Translations under genes and position numbers: made by a program
Source: a virus
Strand: one strand, 5' to 3'
Length of the DNA stretch: 64,000 nt
IMG/VR virus record: IMGVR_UViG_3300031885_000010
Location: 2,440-66,439 of that record
The notes under the pieces: generated by a model
What the model was told of the DNA's origin: nothing
Database searches by the model: none
Seen by the model: the letters and a program-made list of their open reading frames with translations, nothing else
Part shown: positions 6,856 through 17,678 of the stretch, piece by piece
How the letters are laid out: every line of letters begins with the position of its first letter
Position numbering within the stretch: position 1 is the first letter of the stretch

Positions 6856-9800
6856 TCACTCACCCATGGTGGGGAATTGTTCTGGAGTCATTGGTGGCAT
6901 ACCTCCAGCAGGTGTTCCAACTATACCTCTCGTTGCTTGAAATTTATCTAATATGATTGGAGCGATTCTCAATTTTTCCTCATCAGTTGCATTTTCCCAA
7001 ATACCTAAAGCACCCTTCAGATTCAGAAATGGAAGGCTTGATTCAAGCCCTGACCATGGATTTCTTCCAATTCTTTGGTTAATGTTTCTTGTAATCTCTA
7101 TCATCCTTAGATACATTTGTTCTATAAGATTTCTCTTTTCATCTGGATTCATGTCTGGATTAGCATATACTCTATCAATAACTCCTCTCATATTTGCAAG
7201 AGCTTTCTGTGTACGATTTATAGCTAATTCAAAATTCAATATGGCTCTATTTTCTCCAAGAAGAGTTCTGGCTTCATCAATTTTTCCTTGCTTTCTTAAA
7301 GCATTGATTGATGATTTTAAGGCATGGACTTCATGATAAGTCTCATAGAATCTTTGTATACTGCTGGCATCACTGCCGGGATATCGTGAAACAAAGGCCC
7401 TAATTACAGGTATATCGGCCAGTGTCCTTGATGGTTTAATTTCTTCTGGAACGATTCCAGCAGAGACGAGTCCCTTATCTAAAATTCTTAATGCATGTCC
7501 ACCTAATCCTCCAGACCACCCTCTTATAAAGTTTTCAATCTTTGCCGGAGAAGCAGCACCTTCACCTACGATTGGAAGATAAGAGAGTTGTCTGCCTATC
7601 CATTTAGCAGTCTCGGTAGTATAAGGTTGGTATTGATATTCTGGACGTAATGCCTCTTTCCCTCTTGGAACAATGGGTCTGCCGGTAAAGAAACTTTTGT
7701 TTGCCCAATTCTCAACAAAAGGCAATGCAGCAGTTGGTATTATTCCTGGCATAGAACCGGCAGTTAATGCCTTTCCGATATTCTCAAATGTTTCTGGATC
7801 ACCAGTTCGTAAGTATCTCATAATATATTCTGGTACACTGCCGAAGATTATTCCAAGCTCAAATGGTTTAGGAATTCTCCAGAGGTGTTTCTCTGTTGGA
7901 ATAATCCAGAACAATGCTTTTTGCCATTCTGGAAGTTCTTGGTAACGGGGATCACCTTGATTATAATAAGCAAGAAGTAAAGAAGGAATAGTGATACTTA
8001 TTGTTGCCTTTGTAAAAGTTCTGAGTGCAAGTTCTGGGTTCTTCTTAAAGTTTAGTGAACCTATTAATTTGTCGATTCCTCTCACATTAGCATTCCAGAA
8101 AGCAATGATCATGTTTACTGCTTTTGATCCAGAGGCAATCTTACCAAAATCTAATGTACTCTCTCTAAACTGCATTGCTGCTTCCGGCAATGGAGCACCC
8201 TTCTCTATTGCCTTTATTCCAACACCTAATCGAGTTCCCATTTCAGATAATTCAGTAAGAATCCTAAGAGCTTCAATAGGATGTGTAACAAGATTCTTCA
8301 TTACTTCCGTATAACTATCTCCTGATATTGCTCCACTTAATTTTTTCTTGGCAAGTAATTGTTTGGCTGTAAGTCTAATATCTGTTCTATCAAGGGAAAT
8401 AAAAGCTGATTGAGATCCTCCAGACATAAGAAGTTTTTGATAGGCTTCATCTCCCTTTACGGCACTTACTAAACCTTTAAAAAAATCCCAAGGTGTAAAT
8501 CCATATTTGGAATAGACAAAAGCTGAGAACCAATCCCTTGGTGGATTTCTCATCCAGAATTCTGGGGAAAGAATAGCTCCTGCCCTAAGTGTTTTGGCTG
8601 GAAAACTTAAAATCCTTGTTGCAATACCAACACTTGATCTATCTAAAGTCTGTAATGCTTTCCCGATTTCAGGATCAATCTTATTGAGAATAGGTTTCCC
8701 ATTCTCGTAAGTATAAAACATATCGGTTCTGCCTTTAATAAAATTGGGTCTAAATATCTTTATTACTTCATCAACAAGTTCAGATTTAACTCCAGAATTC
8801 AATCTGAATCTTCCTTGATTATCGAATCTTCCCATACCTGCTTCTTCCAATAAGGATTGAAGCAATGGACTTTTCCTCATTTCGTAGAGCGAGACATTAT
8901 ATTGATGAGTTTTAAATCCTGGCATTCCTGGCGTTAATTTTTCAACCAAATTTGGGGCTGAATCTGCAAAGTATTTTAACGCCATATTTTGCTCGGCACT
9001 TCCAAAAAGCATATAAGTATTCTTGATATCTGATTCCCTTGGATCAATTAATTTCTCTGGTCTTGCTTCCTTTCCAATCCATCTTTTTAATACTTTTTTC
9101 GCAGTGATTCCTGTTCCTATACCTTGTGGCCCAATCTGCTCATGCACTCTAAAAAATGGAACATACATTGCATTCTCAGTATCAAGAAGATTAAATCCTT
9201 CTTCAGATAACATTCCACTTTTTTGATAATATCTAAGTACTTCTCTTCTAAAATCTCTAACATCGTTAAAAAGTTGTTCATATGTCGTATTTCCAATTGA
9301 TTGATTTTTGTAAGTATTTACAATAGTATTTGCATCATTGAGATCAATTCCAGTTTTAAGACCTTTTGATTCCTGTTCAATGGTTCGTTTTGAAATTTCA
9401 TATCTCGAAAACTTAGGTCTATCTTCTTTTGATATTGATTCAAATATTGGTGCATAACCCTTGCTGACAATCCTGATTGATTCGGTAGTTGGTATCTGAC
9501 CAGTGACCCATCCTTGAATCTGATTAAAATCAGGGACTCCAACCTTTAAAGACTCTGTAGCCAATCCATATCCTTTTGGATGAGATAATCGTAGGAAAGT
9601 TACAGATTGAGGATTTGTTTTCTCTATCTGATACCAAGGATTAACATAATTTTCATAGAGATTATTGTAAATATCCTTGACTCTTTCTCTGAATGATATT
9701 TTCTCATCAGTCTTACTTGTAATATGATCCTGTATACGCTGTTCTTCTGGAGAAAGTTTGGCTAATCGATATTCGGGAAGTCCTACCATTCTTTCTTCTC

Positions 9801-12800
9801 TGACTCCAAATACTCCAGTTTCCATCTTTCCTTTAGCCTGTGCAATTACTCTCTGTATTTCAGCATCAGTAATCTCCATACCAGGAAATACCTTGGCTAA
9901 TTGTTCTCTGATCCATGCGTACATCTGTTTGAGTAGCCCTGGATTCTCACCTGTTTCAGTCAGCATGGCCAACTTCTCACGAGTAGCAGATAATTTTCCT
10001 TCCCGTGTATCAAAATTGAATCTGTATCCTAAATCAGACATTTCTTTCTCAAGTGCCGTCCGTCCATATTTCATGAATACACGATTGAGAAAAGGATCGA
10101 AACTGGGGTCCATAAGAGAATTGAGGGCATAATGGCCTATAGCTTCATGGTTAATAGTATTAAGGACTTCCGCTTCTGAAATCATGCGATCTCTTGCAAT
10201 CCAGATGGTACGTGAATCTCGGTCATAGGCACCTGCTGCACCCTTGGTTGCAAGATGAGATGGGAACTCTTCGGAGGTCTCAGCAATCATTATTGATGGA
10301 GCATTCTTGAGTTCGGAGGTACGCTTGTCGATGATGGATCGGAGAATATCCATGGGAAGTGGAGCACCTGCTATTGGTTTCTCTTCACCTGCACGGAACA
10401 TCGGGAAACCTTCACGGAGGGCGGATTCTTTCATGGAGGGAGTGATGTCGAGAGAATGAACACTTTCTGTCCGTGTAGCAAATGGCAAACCTTGGGTAGG
10501 TACTAAGTTCCCAAATTCATCTCTCGTAGATTTGGAAATATCTCTCTCTGTAATATCAAGTTGTGTCTCCCCTACCTTCGCTCCCCACTTCTTTCCAAAC
10601 TTGTTCATATACTCAGGGAGAATCTTGTCGTAGAAGCCCTTCATGCCCTCGCCACCGACCTGGAGGTCAAGGCCCTCAAATCCGCCAGCATCCTTTTGGT
10701 CTTCTACTATCTTGCGAGCCAGGTCTTTTCCAACATATTTATCTAAATCATTTATCTGTACTCGTTCCTCAATAATTCTTTGTCCATTCTTTAATGCCCA
10801 AATATCAACTAAATTGTCTTTGGGCGTTGTTGGATGCTTCACAAAGCCAAGGCTGTCAATCTGCTTACTCAAATCATACCTTGCCGCCTGTTGTTCTCCC
10901 GTAGTCCACGCAACCTTATCGTACCCATTCTCAGATGCCCATCTAACCATACGTCTCATCATAAGTTCATGCCATGTTTTAGAGAAGGGGGCGGGGGGAA
11001 CCTTATTAGTTTGATCATACTCTTTATATAATGTACTTAATTCTTGGGACTCTTGAGATGTTAATTCATTACCTCTTCCGTGTCTCCATTCCATCTGCTT
11101 ACCAGCAAGTTCGTTATATCTTTTGAGATTAGCATCACTCATTTCACCTATATATCCCTTCTCCCTCCCCGCCTGATGCCAATCACTCTGAACTTCCTCA
11201 ATAAACAGCACCTTCTTCCCCTGTGCATCCACACGGTCATTGAAGCGAACATGGGCGAGGACGTTAGGTTCATCAAAGTGAGTACCCTTGAACGTAGGAG
11301 GTCGTTCAGCAATTAGTTTATTTCCTTCTATCATTAGTGCATCCCATTCTTTCAATATCTCTGGATGCTCTTTATGCCATTGCGCAGGTTTTGCTGAAAT
11401 TTCATCCAAACGGGTTTGTACTTCTCGTAATCGTATAAACTCTTTTTGTGGCAATGTAAGTAACAACTCCCTACAATTCTCCCCACCAGGAAGTTGCCAT
11501 TGAGAAAACTTAGGAGGAATTAATCCTGCACGTTCTTCTCCAGTAATCGTACCTTCTGCGGCAGTCCGATGAAGCACTTCTTCTACCCTCACTTCATTCT
11601 GCTTCAAAAACTCCATTACCTCAGTTTTACTCACCCTCCCCATCTTAGTCTTCAGCCATTCATCCAGTCCTGTCCATTTAATCTCATCAGCCTTAATCCC
11701 AGCCCATTTCGCAGGTTCCTTAGTTCCAATACCAAGAACAGTTGCTAATTGTCCCACAGGCATAGACTCAGGCATCTTCTCAGAGAGGATACGCTGGAGA
11801 GTGGAATACCATGTGGGAGCAAGACGGTACTGTCCTGCCCTATGTAAACCTTGATCAATTTCCCTTGGAGTTAATGATAATTTTCCTGTTGCACCAAGAT
11901 ACCCTTCAACTGTTTCCCGAAGCATTTGATTTTCAAAACCTATATTGATACCTTCCTGTCCTTCTGGTACAGGTTTTGCAATATTACGTTTATATTCTTC
12001 CCAAGTTTCAATTGCCTCTTCCTTGGTTAAATTTTGGCCTCTGGCATGTGCTTCTTCTGTGGTCTTAGGTATGTTTACTTCTGGTGCAAGACGGTACTGT
12101 GGTTCCCCAGCCACAACTGCCTCTGGTCTTAATGCTGGATACCTTGTTTTCCCCGTTAATCCAAACAGCAATCCACCCGTAACAGCAGGTGCAATTGCTT
12201 GGCGTGGTTCTCCTGTTTCAATGAAAGGTGGAAGGGCAAAAGTACCTGCACCAATAGCTGCTCTTCCAGCTCGTCCTATCTGTTTCCCTAATAGCTTCTC
12301 GACTGGGGCAAGAGGAATCTTCCGTGCAGCAACTTCAGCAGCAGTTAAGGCAGGTCTCCCAAGAGCAGAGAACACTCCCATTGTGAGTCCTTCCTCAAGG
12401 CCCCGTCGCAACATTCTCTCAGGTCTGCCTTCCTGATATTCCTCTGTTGCACCTGCACCAGCAGCAATTAAGGGACCTGCGATTGGGCCAGCAGCCATCA
12501 TAGGCATATATTTGAGTGCAGCACCAGGAAGTCCAGCCGCACCTCCAACAATCTGCTGAGGAATGGTAAATTGTTGCGCTCGTCTTTCTTCCTCTTCAGT
12601 AGACTTGAAATATTCGGACATCGGATGAATCTTGCCATATTCTTTTTCAGGGTATATCATCCGAGCAGGAATCTCCCATGTCCGTAATGCACTTCTTAAT
12701 CCTGCTTTACCATAGTATTTTAAAGCTTCACCGTAGGAAGGAGCTTCAGGCAGAGGTCGAGCAAGCTGTTGCCTTCCCTTTATAAATGGATCTTCAAAGT

Positions 12801-12876
12801 CCAATCCACTTATAGGCATCCCTTGTGGTACTTGGGATTTGGAAGCATATGGATCTTCAAAGTCAAGAGTTGCCAT
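6856..12876 (-). CDS. Large polyvalent ejection protein (zincin-like HEAIGH domain, LPD38-like C-terminus)
   Basis: 2006 aa; FIEEVQSDWHQ module, HEAIGH, IPKPFELG...ENWANKSFFTGRPIV. Confidence 0.8.
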   Translation of the reverse strand: MATLDFEDPYASKSQVPQGMPISGLDFEDPFIKGRQQLARPLPEAPSYGEALKYYGKAGLRSALRTWEIPARMIYPEKEYGKIHPMSEYFKSTEEEERRAQQFTIPQQIVGGAAGLPGAALKYMPMMAAGPIAGPLIAAGAGATEEYQEGRPERMLRRGLEEGLTMGVFSALGRPALTAAEVAARKIPLAPVEKLLGKQIGRAGRAAIGAGTFALPPFIETGEPRQAIAPAVTGGLLFGLTGKTRYPALRPEAVVAGEPQYRLAPEVNIPKTTEEAHARGQNLTKEEAIETWEEYKRNIAKPVPEGQEGINIGFENQMLRETVEGYLGATGKLSLTPREIDQGLHRAGQYRLAPTWYSTLQRILSEKMPESMPVGQLATVLGIGTKEPAKWAGIKADEIKWTGLDEWLKTKMGRVSKTEVMEFLKQNEVRVEEVLHRTAAEGTITGEERAGLIPPKFSQWQLPGGENCRELLLTLPQKEFIRLREVQTRLDEISAKPAQWHKEHPEILKEWDALMIEGNKLIAERPPTFKGTHFDEPNVLAHVRFNDRVDAQGKKVLFIEEVQSDWHQAGREKGYIGEMSDANLKRYNELAGKQMEWRHGRGNELTSQESQELSTLYKEYDQTNKVPPAPFSKTWHELMMRRMVRWASENGYDKVAWTTGEQQAARYDLSKQIDSLGFVKHPTTPKDNLVDIWALKNGQRIIEERVQINDLDKYVGKDLARKIVEDQKDAGGFEGLDLQVGGEGMKGFYDKILPEYMNKFGKKWGAKVGETQLDITERDISKSTRDEFGNLVPTQGLPFATRTESVHSLDITPSMKESALREGFPMFRAGEEKPIAGAPLPMDILRSIIDKRTSELKNAPSIMIAETSEEFPSHLATKGAAGAYDRDSRTIWIARDRMISEAEVLNTINHEAIGHYALNSLMDPSFDPFLNRVFMKYGRTALEKEMSDLGYRFNFDTREGKLSATREKLAMLTETGENPGLLKQMYAWIREQLAKVFPGMEITDAEIQRVIAQAKGKMETGVFGVREERMVGLPEYRLAKLSPEEQRIQDHITSKTDEKISFRERVKDIYNNLYENYVNPWYQIEKTNPQSVTFLRLSHPKGYGLATESLKVGVPDFNQIQGWVTGQIPTTESIRIVSKGYAPIFESISKEDRPKFSRYEISKRTIEQESKGLKTGIDLNDANTIVNTYKNQSIGNTTYEQLFNDVRDFRREVLRYYQKSGMLSEEGFNLLDTENAMYVPFFRVHEQIGPQGIGTGITAKKVLKRWIGKEARPEKLIDPRESDIKNTYMLFGSAEQNMALKYFADSAPNLVEKLTPGMPGFKTHQYNVSLYEMRKSPLLQSLLEEAGMGRFDNQGRFRLNSGVKSELVDEVIKIFRPNFIKGRTDMFYTYENGKPILNKIDPEIGKALQTLDRSSVGIATRILSFPAKTLRAGAILSPEFWMRNPPRDWFSAFVYSKYGFTPWDFFKGLVSAVKGDEAYQKLLMSGGSQSAFISLDRTDIRLTAKQLLAKKKLSGAISGDSYTEVMKNLVTHPIEALRILTELSEMGTRLGVGIKAIEKGAPLPEAAMQFRESTLDFGKIASGSKAVNMIIAFWNANVRGIDKLIGSLNFKKNPELALRTFTKATISITIPSLLLAYYNQGDPRYQELPEWQKALFWIIPTEKHLWRIPKPFELGIIFGSVPEYIMRYLRTGDPETFENIGKALTAGSMPGIIPTAALPFVENWANKSFFTGRPIVPRGKEALRPEYQYQPYTTETAKWIGRQLSYLPIVGEGAASPAKIENFIRGWSGGLGGHALRILDKGLVSAGIVPEEIKPSRTLADIPVIRAFVSRYPGSDASSIQRFYETYHEVHALKSSINALRKQGKIDEARTLLGENRAILNFELAINRTQKALANMRGVIDRVYANPDMNPDEKRNLIEQMYLRMIEITRNINQRIGRNPWSGLESSLPFLNLKGALGIWENATDEEKLRIAPIILDKFQATRGIVGTPAGGMPPMTPEQFPTMGE

Positions 12877-14549
12877 TATTTTACCTGTCCATAGGTATCA
12901 GTATAATATTTCCTGAGATCCTTCTCACCCATCTTTGATCCACGTTCTTTTGCAACTGCCTTAAATTGTTCCCATGTGGGTTTTGTAGTACTTTCAGGAA
13001 GTTCTATAGGTGGTAAACCAAAGGAACGTCTGGTTTGATTAATATATTCTTTATAATTAAAGGGTTCTCCCCACATTGCAGCCTCTCTTCGTGCAGCAGG
13101 CTCTGCTTGTAGAATATGAGACTGCCATCTCTCCTCGGCTGTCTCTTTTGGCTGAGGCACAAAGCCTTTATCAGGTAGCCAATATCCGCCTGGTACGGTA
13201 GTTGGTCTTCCCATAGCATCTAAAGCATGAGCACCCATAGCCCTTTTATAATAACTCTCTGTTGGCAATTCTGCGGCTCTCAAAGAAGCTAAGTACTTTG
13301 AAGGTTCGGCACCAACTTCATGTCCATACATAAGTCCTTTAGTACCATAAACACCCTTCTCAAATTCTGCTGGGCTTACAGCAAGCCGTTCAAGCATGTC
13401 TGCAAAATGTGCCTGTGCTGCAAGTTGCTTTGGCCCATATTTGGCTCCCGATACCATTCCCCAACCCCTGCTTGGTCCTAAGTAGCCATAAACAGGACCT
13501 CGTGGTACCATTAGATTCTCATAGATAGATTTTAGCATCCCCATAGCTTCTGGAGAAGTACGATACTCTGGAGTAGTAGGTCGTATAGGAGAAGGACCTC
13601 TTTCAGGAATAGTTAATTCAGGAGGCATTGGAATTGCTGGAGCTGGAGCAACCCCTTCACCAGAGACAGGAGCAGTCGGCAGTTTTTCAGTAGTAATTGG
13701 TGCAGGTACATTTCCAGAAGGTTTTGCCTCATAAGTTCCAGCTGGTCCTTTTACCATTTCAGTTGGTTCTCCAAATACTGATTTCTCAAACTCAAATCCA
13801 GGTGTCCCCTTTCTTTCAATTCTTCCTATTCCAATATCAACACTTGTAGGCCAGTTTGTAAATTGGCTTGCTTGTCCTTTTAGCCAGCCAACAGGATCAG
13901 CCAAAGATTGTTTGGATCTTTCTAACCAATCAGAAATATTTTTTACACCTCTATTAATAAGTCCCTTTTCTCCTGAATATTGTAATGGTAATGGAGTACC
14001 AAGTTCATTAACCCTTGGTCCCTGTCGTGTGTCAGTCTGCCCTTCTGGAGTCCCAAAGTACCTTGAAATAGGTGTTATTTGTCCAGGTACTTCAGGGGTA
14101 AATAGTTCAGGTCCACCTTCACCTACAAGATAGGGTTGCGTAGGTCCACTCGGCAATCCCATAGCCGGATTCTCAGTAGGAGGTTGCATCCCACCTTCCG
14201 GCAATCCCATTATCTTCCTACCTAAATCTACAAGAAACCTTGCTACATAATCAGGAACTGAAGATAATTGACCCATGGATATAGTGTCTTGTGGACGAGG
14301 AGGAGGCGGAACTGGTACTGCTTTCCCAGATGGAGCAGGAGTTGGAGTACCTCCGCCGGACGGTTGCGATGTAGGTGCAGATGGTAAGTTCATACCTTGA
14401 TTAGGTGTACCCATCGGTCCCATGTCCATAGCAGGCGGCATCATGCCTCCCGTAGCCATATTAGGAACCATATTGTTCATCATATAATTGTTCACCCATT
14501 CTTTAGCCCTGCTTAATCCTTCATCATAGAGTGGCATACTATCCTCCAT
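12876..14549 (-). CDS. Internal virion/ejection protein
   Basis: Pro/Gly/Met-rich 557 aa coupled to giant gene; YLVGEGGPELFTP motif. Confidence 0.65.
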   Translation of the reverse strand: MEDSMPLYDEGLSRAKEWVNNYMMNNMVPNMATGGMMPPAMDMGPMGTPNQGMNLPSAPTSQPSGGGTPTPAPSGKAVPVPPPPRPQDTISMGQLSSVPDYVARFLVDLGRKIMGLPEGGMQPPTENPAMGLPSGPTQPYLVGEGGPELFTPEVPGQITPISRYFGTPEGQTDTRQGPRVNELGTPLPLQYSGEKGLINRGVKNISDWLERSKQSLADPVGWLKGQASQFTNWPTSVDIGIGRIERKGTPGFEFEKSVFGEPTEMVKGPAGTYEAKPSGNVPAPITTEKLPTAPVSGEGVAPAPAIPMPPELTIPERGPSPIRPTTPEYRTSPEAMGMLKSIYENLMVPRGPVYGYLGPSRGWGMVSGAKYGPKQLAAQAHFADMLERLAVSPAEFEKGVYGTKGLMYGHEVGAEPSKYLASLRAAELPTESYYKRAMGAHALDAMGRPTTVPGGYWLPDKGFVPQPKETAEERWQSHILQAEPAARREAAMWGEPFNYKEYINQTRRSFGLPPIELPESTTKPTWEQFKAVAKERGSKMGEKDLRKYYTDTYGQVK

Positions 14550-14859
14550 TTTATTCCGTGCTTTTACTTCTATAGTTTAAATATATTGGTACTGGTACTA
14601 CTGCGTTGGCAGGTAATTGAGTACTATCTAAAATTCCCTCAATCACACCAGTGAGAAGTATTCTTATTGTTTTAATGTTATTACTCACAGGACAGCTGAG
14701 CCTGAAGTCTGAGTGCGTTACCACGCATGGTTGGTTATTTGTATTGCCTGCACCTACTCTGAGAAATAACTGGCCTACGCAAACCTCTGGATTTAACCAG
14801 CATCCCCCAGAGAAATGCCACGAGCCGGAGCTGACCCAACCGGACAGCCCGTTCACGCT

Positions 14860-15774
14860 TCAGATCGGTGCGTAATCAGCGTTTTCGAGGCCCACGGATC
14901 CTCCAAAGTAAGCTGGATTCTCGGTTTCCAGTGTTATGTCAAAACTTAACTTGTTGCCAATCTTTCCAATGTATCCGTCCTTAATTGTTACTGGAACCCA
15001 GACCGTTTCTGAAGGATCAGAAAAGGTTAAGTTGAGTACGACTGGGTCTATGGGACTTAGAATGTTCTCAAAATTTTCCAAAGAGAAAGCAAATATATCA
15101 TTGGATACTGTAACTAAATCATCAATCCGTGAACCGTATGATCCAAGTACCAATGTGTCGATAGGAGAAGCACCGATGATTCCGTCATTATCTATTTGCC
15201 ATGTTTCCAACTTGCAATCTCCATAGAGATAAGTCCAGTATGTAACTGCGAATATTCCTGGATGAACCTGAAATATTGTATAGTCATAAATTTGAGTATC
15301 TGATATCTCCCTTGCATCCACATAATCTGGATCTATAATTCCCTCGGCTGAAATGTTGTAGGTAAAAATGTATCCCTTGAAGATGGTGGGATCAACCTCA
15401 TCCTGGTACTTGGTTATGACAGCAAAGATTGAATCAGACACTCTGGCTGCAAATACGGGAAGCGGATAACTCCCAGATGAGGTGGTTTGATCAATCCAAT
15501 CCTCACCTAAAGTTCCATCATCTGTTATTGCCAATGTGCTTGCCCTAATTTGCTTAAGAGACGAATATCCAAAGAATACAAGAACATTTTTACCGTGGAG
15601 AAAGAGTGAATCAAATTCTCCAGCGAGAGAAACTTTTGAAATAAAATCTGTACTGATTATACCTGCGTTACTAATTTTTCTGGTTTGAATATTATAATAC
15701 GGATAATCCGAAAGTGCAATAACCTTAATATTATCCGTGAAATTAATCATACTTTCGAAACAAACTCCTGGCAT
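14860..15774 (-). CDS. Putative tail/virion beta-rich protein (same frame continues to 14551 after TGA)
   Basis: Acidic beta-rich ORF in structural module. Confidence 0.6.
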   Translation of the reverse strand: MPGVCFESMINFTDNIKVIALSDYPYYNIQTRKISNAGIISTDFISKVSLAGEFDSLFLHGKNVLVFFGYSSLKQIRASTLAITDDGTLGEDWIDQTTSSGSYPLPVFAARVSDSIFAVITKYQDEVDPTIFKGYIFTYNISAEGIIDPDYVDAREISDTQIYDYTIFQVHPGIFAVTYWTYLYGDCKLETWQIDNDGIIGASPIDTLVLGSYGSRIDDLVTVSNDIFAFSLENFENILSPIDPVVLNLTFSDPSETVWVPVTIKDGYIGKIGNKLSFDITLETENPAYFGGSVGLENADYAPI

Positions 15775-15786
15775 ATTATCCTCCGC

Positions 15787-16323
15787 TTATATTTGTTTCA
15801 AATCTGTCTCTTCCCCAATTTCTCCACTTGCATTAATTGGTCTCGTTTCTAAAGATGGAAGGTAAAAAACATTATCAATATAGGGTGAAGCTAAAGAGGA
15901 TGTTCCAACAAGTCGTGGATGAAGAAATCCCCTTCCGTAAATTATAACTGAACTTATTATGGAGCTAATAATACCAGTCGCTTCATCCACCAGATAAGAA
16001 CTAACCGTTATTTCTTCGGATCCAGAATTAGAGGAATCAAAGGATACCAAAAGCACCTCACCTATCACTTCAACCACTACTTCTATCTTTCCTTCTTCCA
16101 CCACGATTTGAGACACAGTAATCTCAATCATATCCACACCAAAGAAAGATGAAGCTCTAATAAGACCAAAATTTCCGACAGGTTGTTGTAAACTAAACTG
16201 TTCAAGTTTATTAAAACTTGCCAGATTTCTCACTTTCAGTAGAAGTTGTAGGCCAAGACCAATAAGGGAATCTCCTATGGTTCTATCACCATTTATGATT
16301 ATTCTTGGCCCTATATTAACCAA
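15787..16323 (-). CDS. Putative virion protein
   Basis: ORF in structural module. Confidence 0.55.
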   Translation of the reverse strand: MVNIGPRIIINGDRTIGDSLIGLGLQLLLKVRNLASFNKLEQFSLQQPVGNFGLIRASSFFGVDMIEITVSQIVVEEGKIEVVVEVIGEVLLVSFDSSNSGSEEITVSSYLVDEATGIISSIISSVIIYGRGFLHPRLVGTSSLASPYIDNVFYLPSLETRPINASGEIGEETDLKQI

Positions 16324-16328
16324 GATGA

Positions 16329-17666
16329 TTACTCCGTCATGTCATATTTATATTCAAAACTTGCTTGCTCGCTCGCCGATACGGATTGACTTGCACTATT
16401 CTGAAATCCATAATGTATATCACTCCCAATGGAAGCCGAAGCATGAACCATTGTCAATGCAGATGCAGTAATCTGTGCAGCCACGTGTGAAATCGCTTCC
16501 ATAGCTTTTTCTTTAAGACTATTTAGAAGTTCATAATTCTTCATCTCAATTTCTTTATCTTTAATCAGTATATTAGCGTTTGCAACAGCTTGACTGATTT
16601 TTGCATCAATAACTTTCAGATCAAGTCCTGCTTTAGATATCTCAAAATCTGCAACAGACCTGAATTCTGCGACTTCAGCCTCATATCCTCTGGCAACCGC
16701 ATTAACCCTATCTGTTTCTCCTCTAATTTTAGCAGAATAGGCACTTAGTTTAGCAGTATACATCTCAATAAGGCTTATATTATACTGTATCTTAGTCTTG
16801 GCTGTCTCAAGGATAGATGCAATCTTAGCACTTACTGCCTCACGTCTCTCCCTGAATGCAACAAGGGCATTCTTGATTATCTCATCAGCAACCTGGAAGG
16901 CTAATGTGGCAACAGAATGAGCATAACCCATAAGTTGTGATTCAAGTGCAATTCCCTGCTGGATAATGAAATGGTAATTCTGTAATGCCAATTCAAAAGA
17001 CTTGATTGCCGTATCTCTGCTCATATCCAGACGCTTATTAGTGAAGTTGATTTCCTCTTCCTCGTAAGCACCTAACAAGGCTCCATTGGGTAGCGGATAT
17101 CCATTTCTTGCCCATGTCGCAGCAATACGATCCTGAGTATCATTGTGAATTATGAGTGCTCTTTCGTATTCTCTCTGGAATATAGCATCCTCAATAGCAG
17201 GAGTAAGGCCGGTAGAACCAGTATTAACATCACTGAGTAATTTAGACTTGATGGCGGTAAGCAAGGAAGTTGCATATGTCTCATCGGGCATCTGCAAGTC
17301 TCCTACTACCAGATCAGGAAACTCTGGCAGAGTACCAATGGAGGCATCCACAATTACCGGCTCAGTCGGCAAAATAGGCATATCTACTGTAAACTCATCG
17401 GGATCAATGGTTGGAGGAGAGATAGAGATTTCCGGTATAGAGATCGAAGTCGTATCTATTGGTATCGTCCTACTAATTAACTCCAATGCCAACGCAATGT
17501 CTCTAAGAGCATTCAAAGCAGCTACTGTTGTGGCATAAGCAGAATTGGCAAATGTCTCCGAATCTGCAAATCTATTTAACACAGTAGAAGGAGCATAATT
17601 AAGTAAAGTCGATGGTGTAATGGATGATGTAATGGGTATTAGTTGTGGTCTAAAATATTCAGTCAT
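16329..17666 (-). CDS. Putative internal virion protein
   Basis: Helical 445 aa, ARNGYPLPNG motif, typical position. Confidence 0.65.
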   Translation of the reverse strand: MTEYFRPQLIPITSSITPSTLLNYAPSTVLNRFADSETFANSAYATTVAALNALRDIALALELISRTIPIDTTSISIPEISISPPTIDPDEFTVDMPILPTEPVIVDASIGTLPEFPDLVVGDLQMPDETYATSLLTAIKSKLLSDVNTGSTGLTPAIEDAIFQREYERALIIHNDTQDRIAATWARNGYPLPNGALLGAYEEEEINFTNKRLDMSRDTAIKSFELALQNYHFIIQQGIALESQLMGYAHSVATLAFQVADEIIKNALVAFRERREAVSAKIASILETAKTKIQYNISLIEMYTAKLSAYSAKIRGETDRVNAVARGYEAEVAEFRSVADFEISKAGLDLKVIDAKISQAVANANILIKDKEIEMKNYELLNSLKEKAMEAISHVAAQITASALTMVHASASIGSDIHYGFQNSASQSVSASEQASFEYKYDMTE

Positions 17667-17678
17667 ATTAGTCTCCTT

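Noticed and set aside
6953-12436. Plus-strand ORFs antisense to the giant gene, and similar shadows elsewhere
   Set aside because: Antisense shadow frames without RBS or recognisable motifs.
12876-14549. Tape measure protein (siphovirus) call from the VGEGGPELF motif
   Set aside because: The protein is Pro-rich rather than helical-repeat, and I recognised no tail tube or chaperone genes; context fits ejection proteins.
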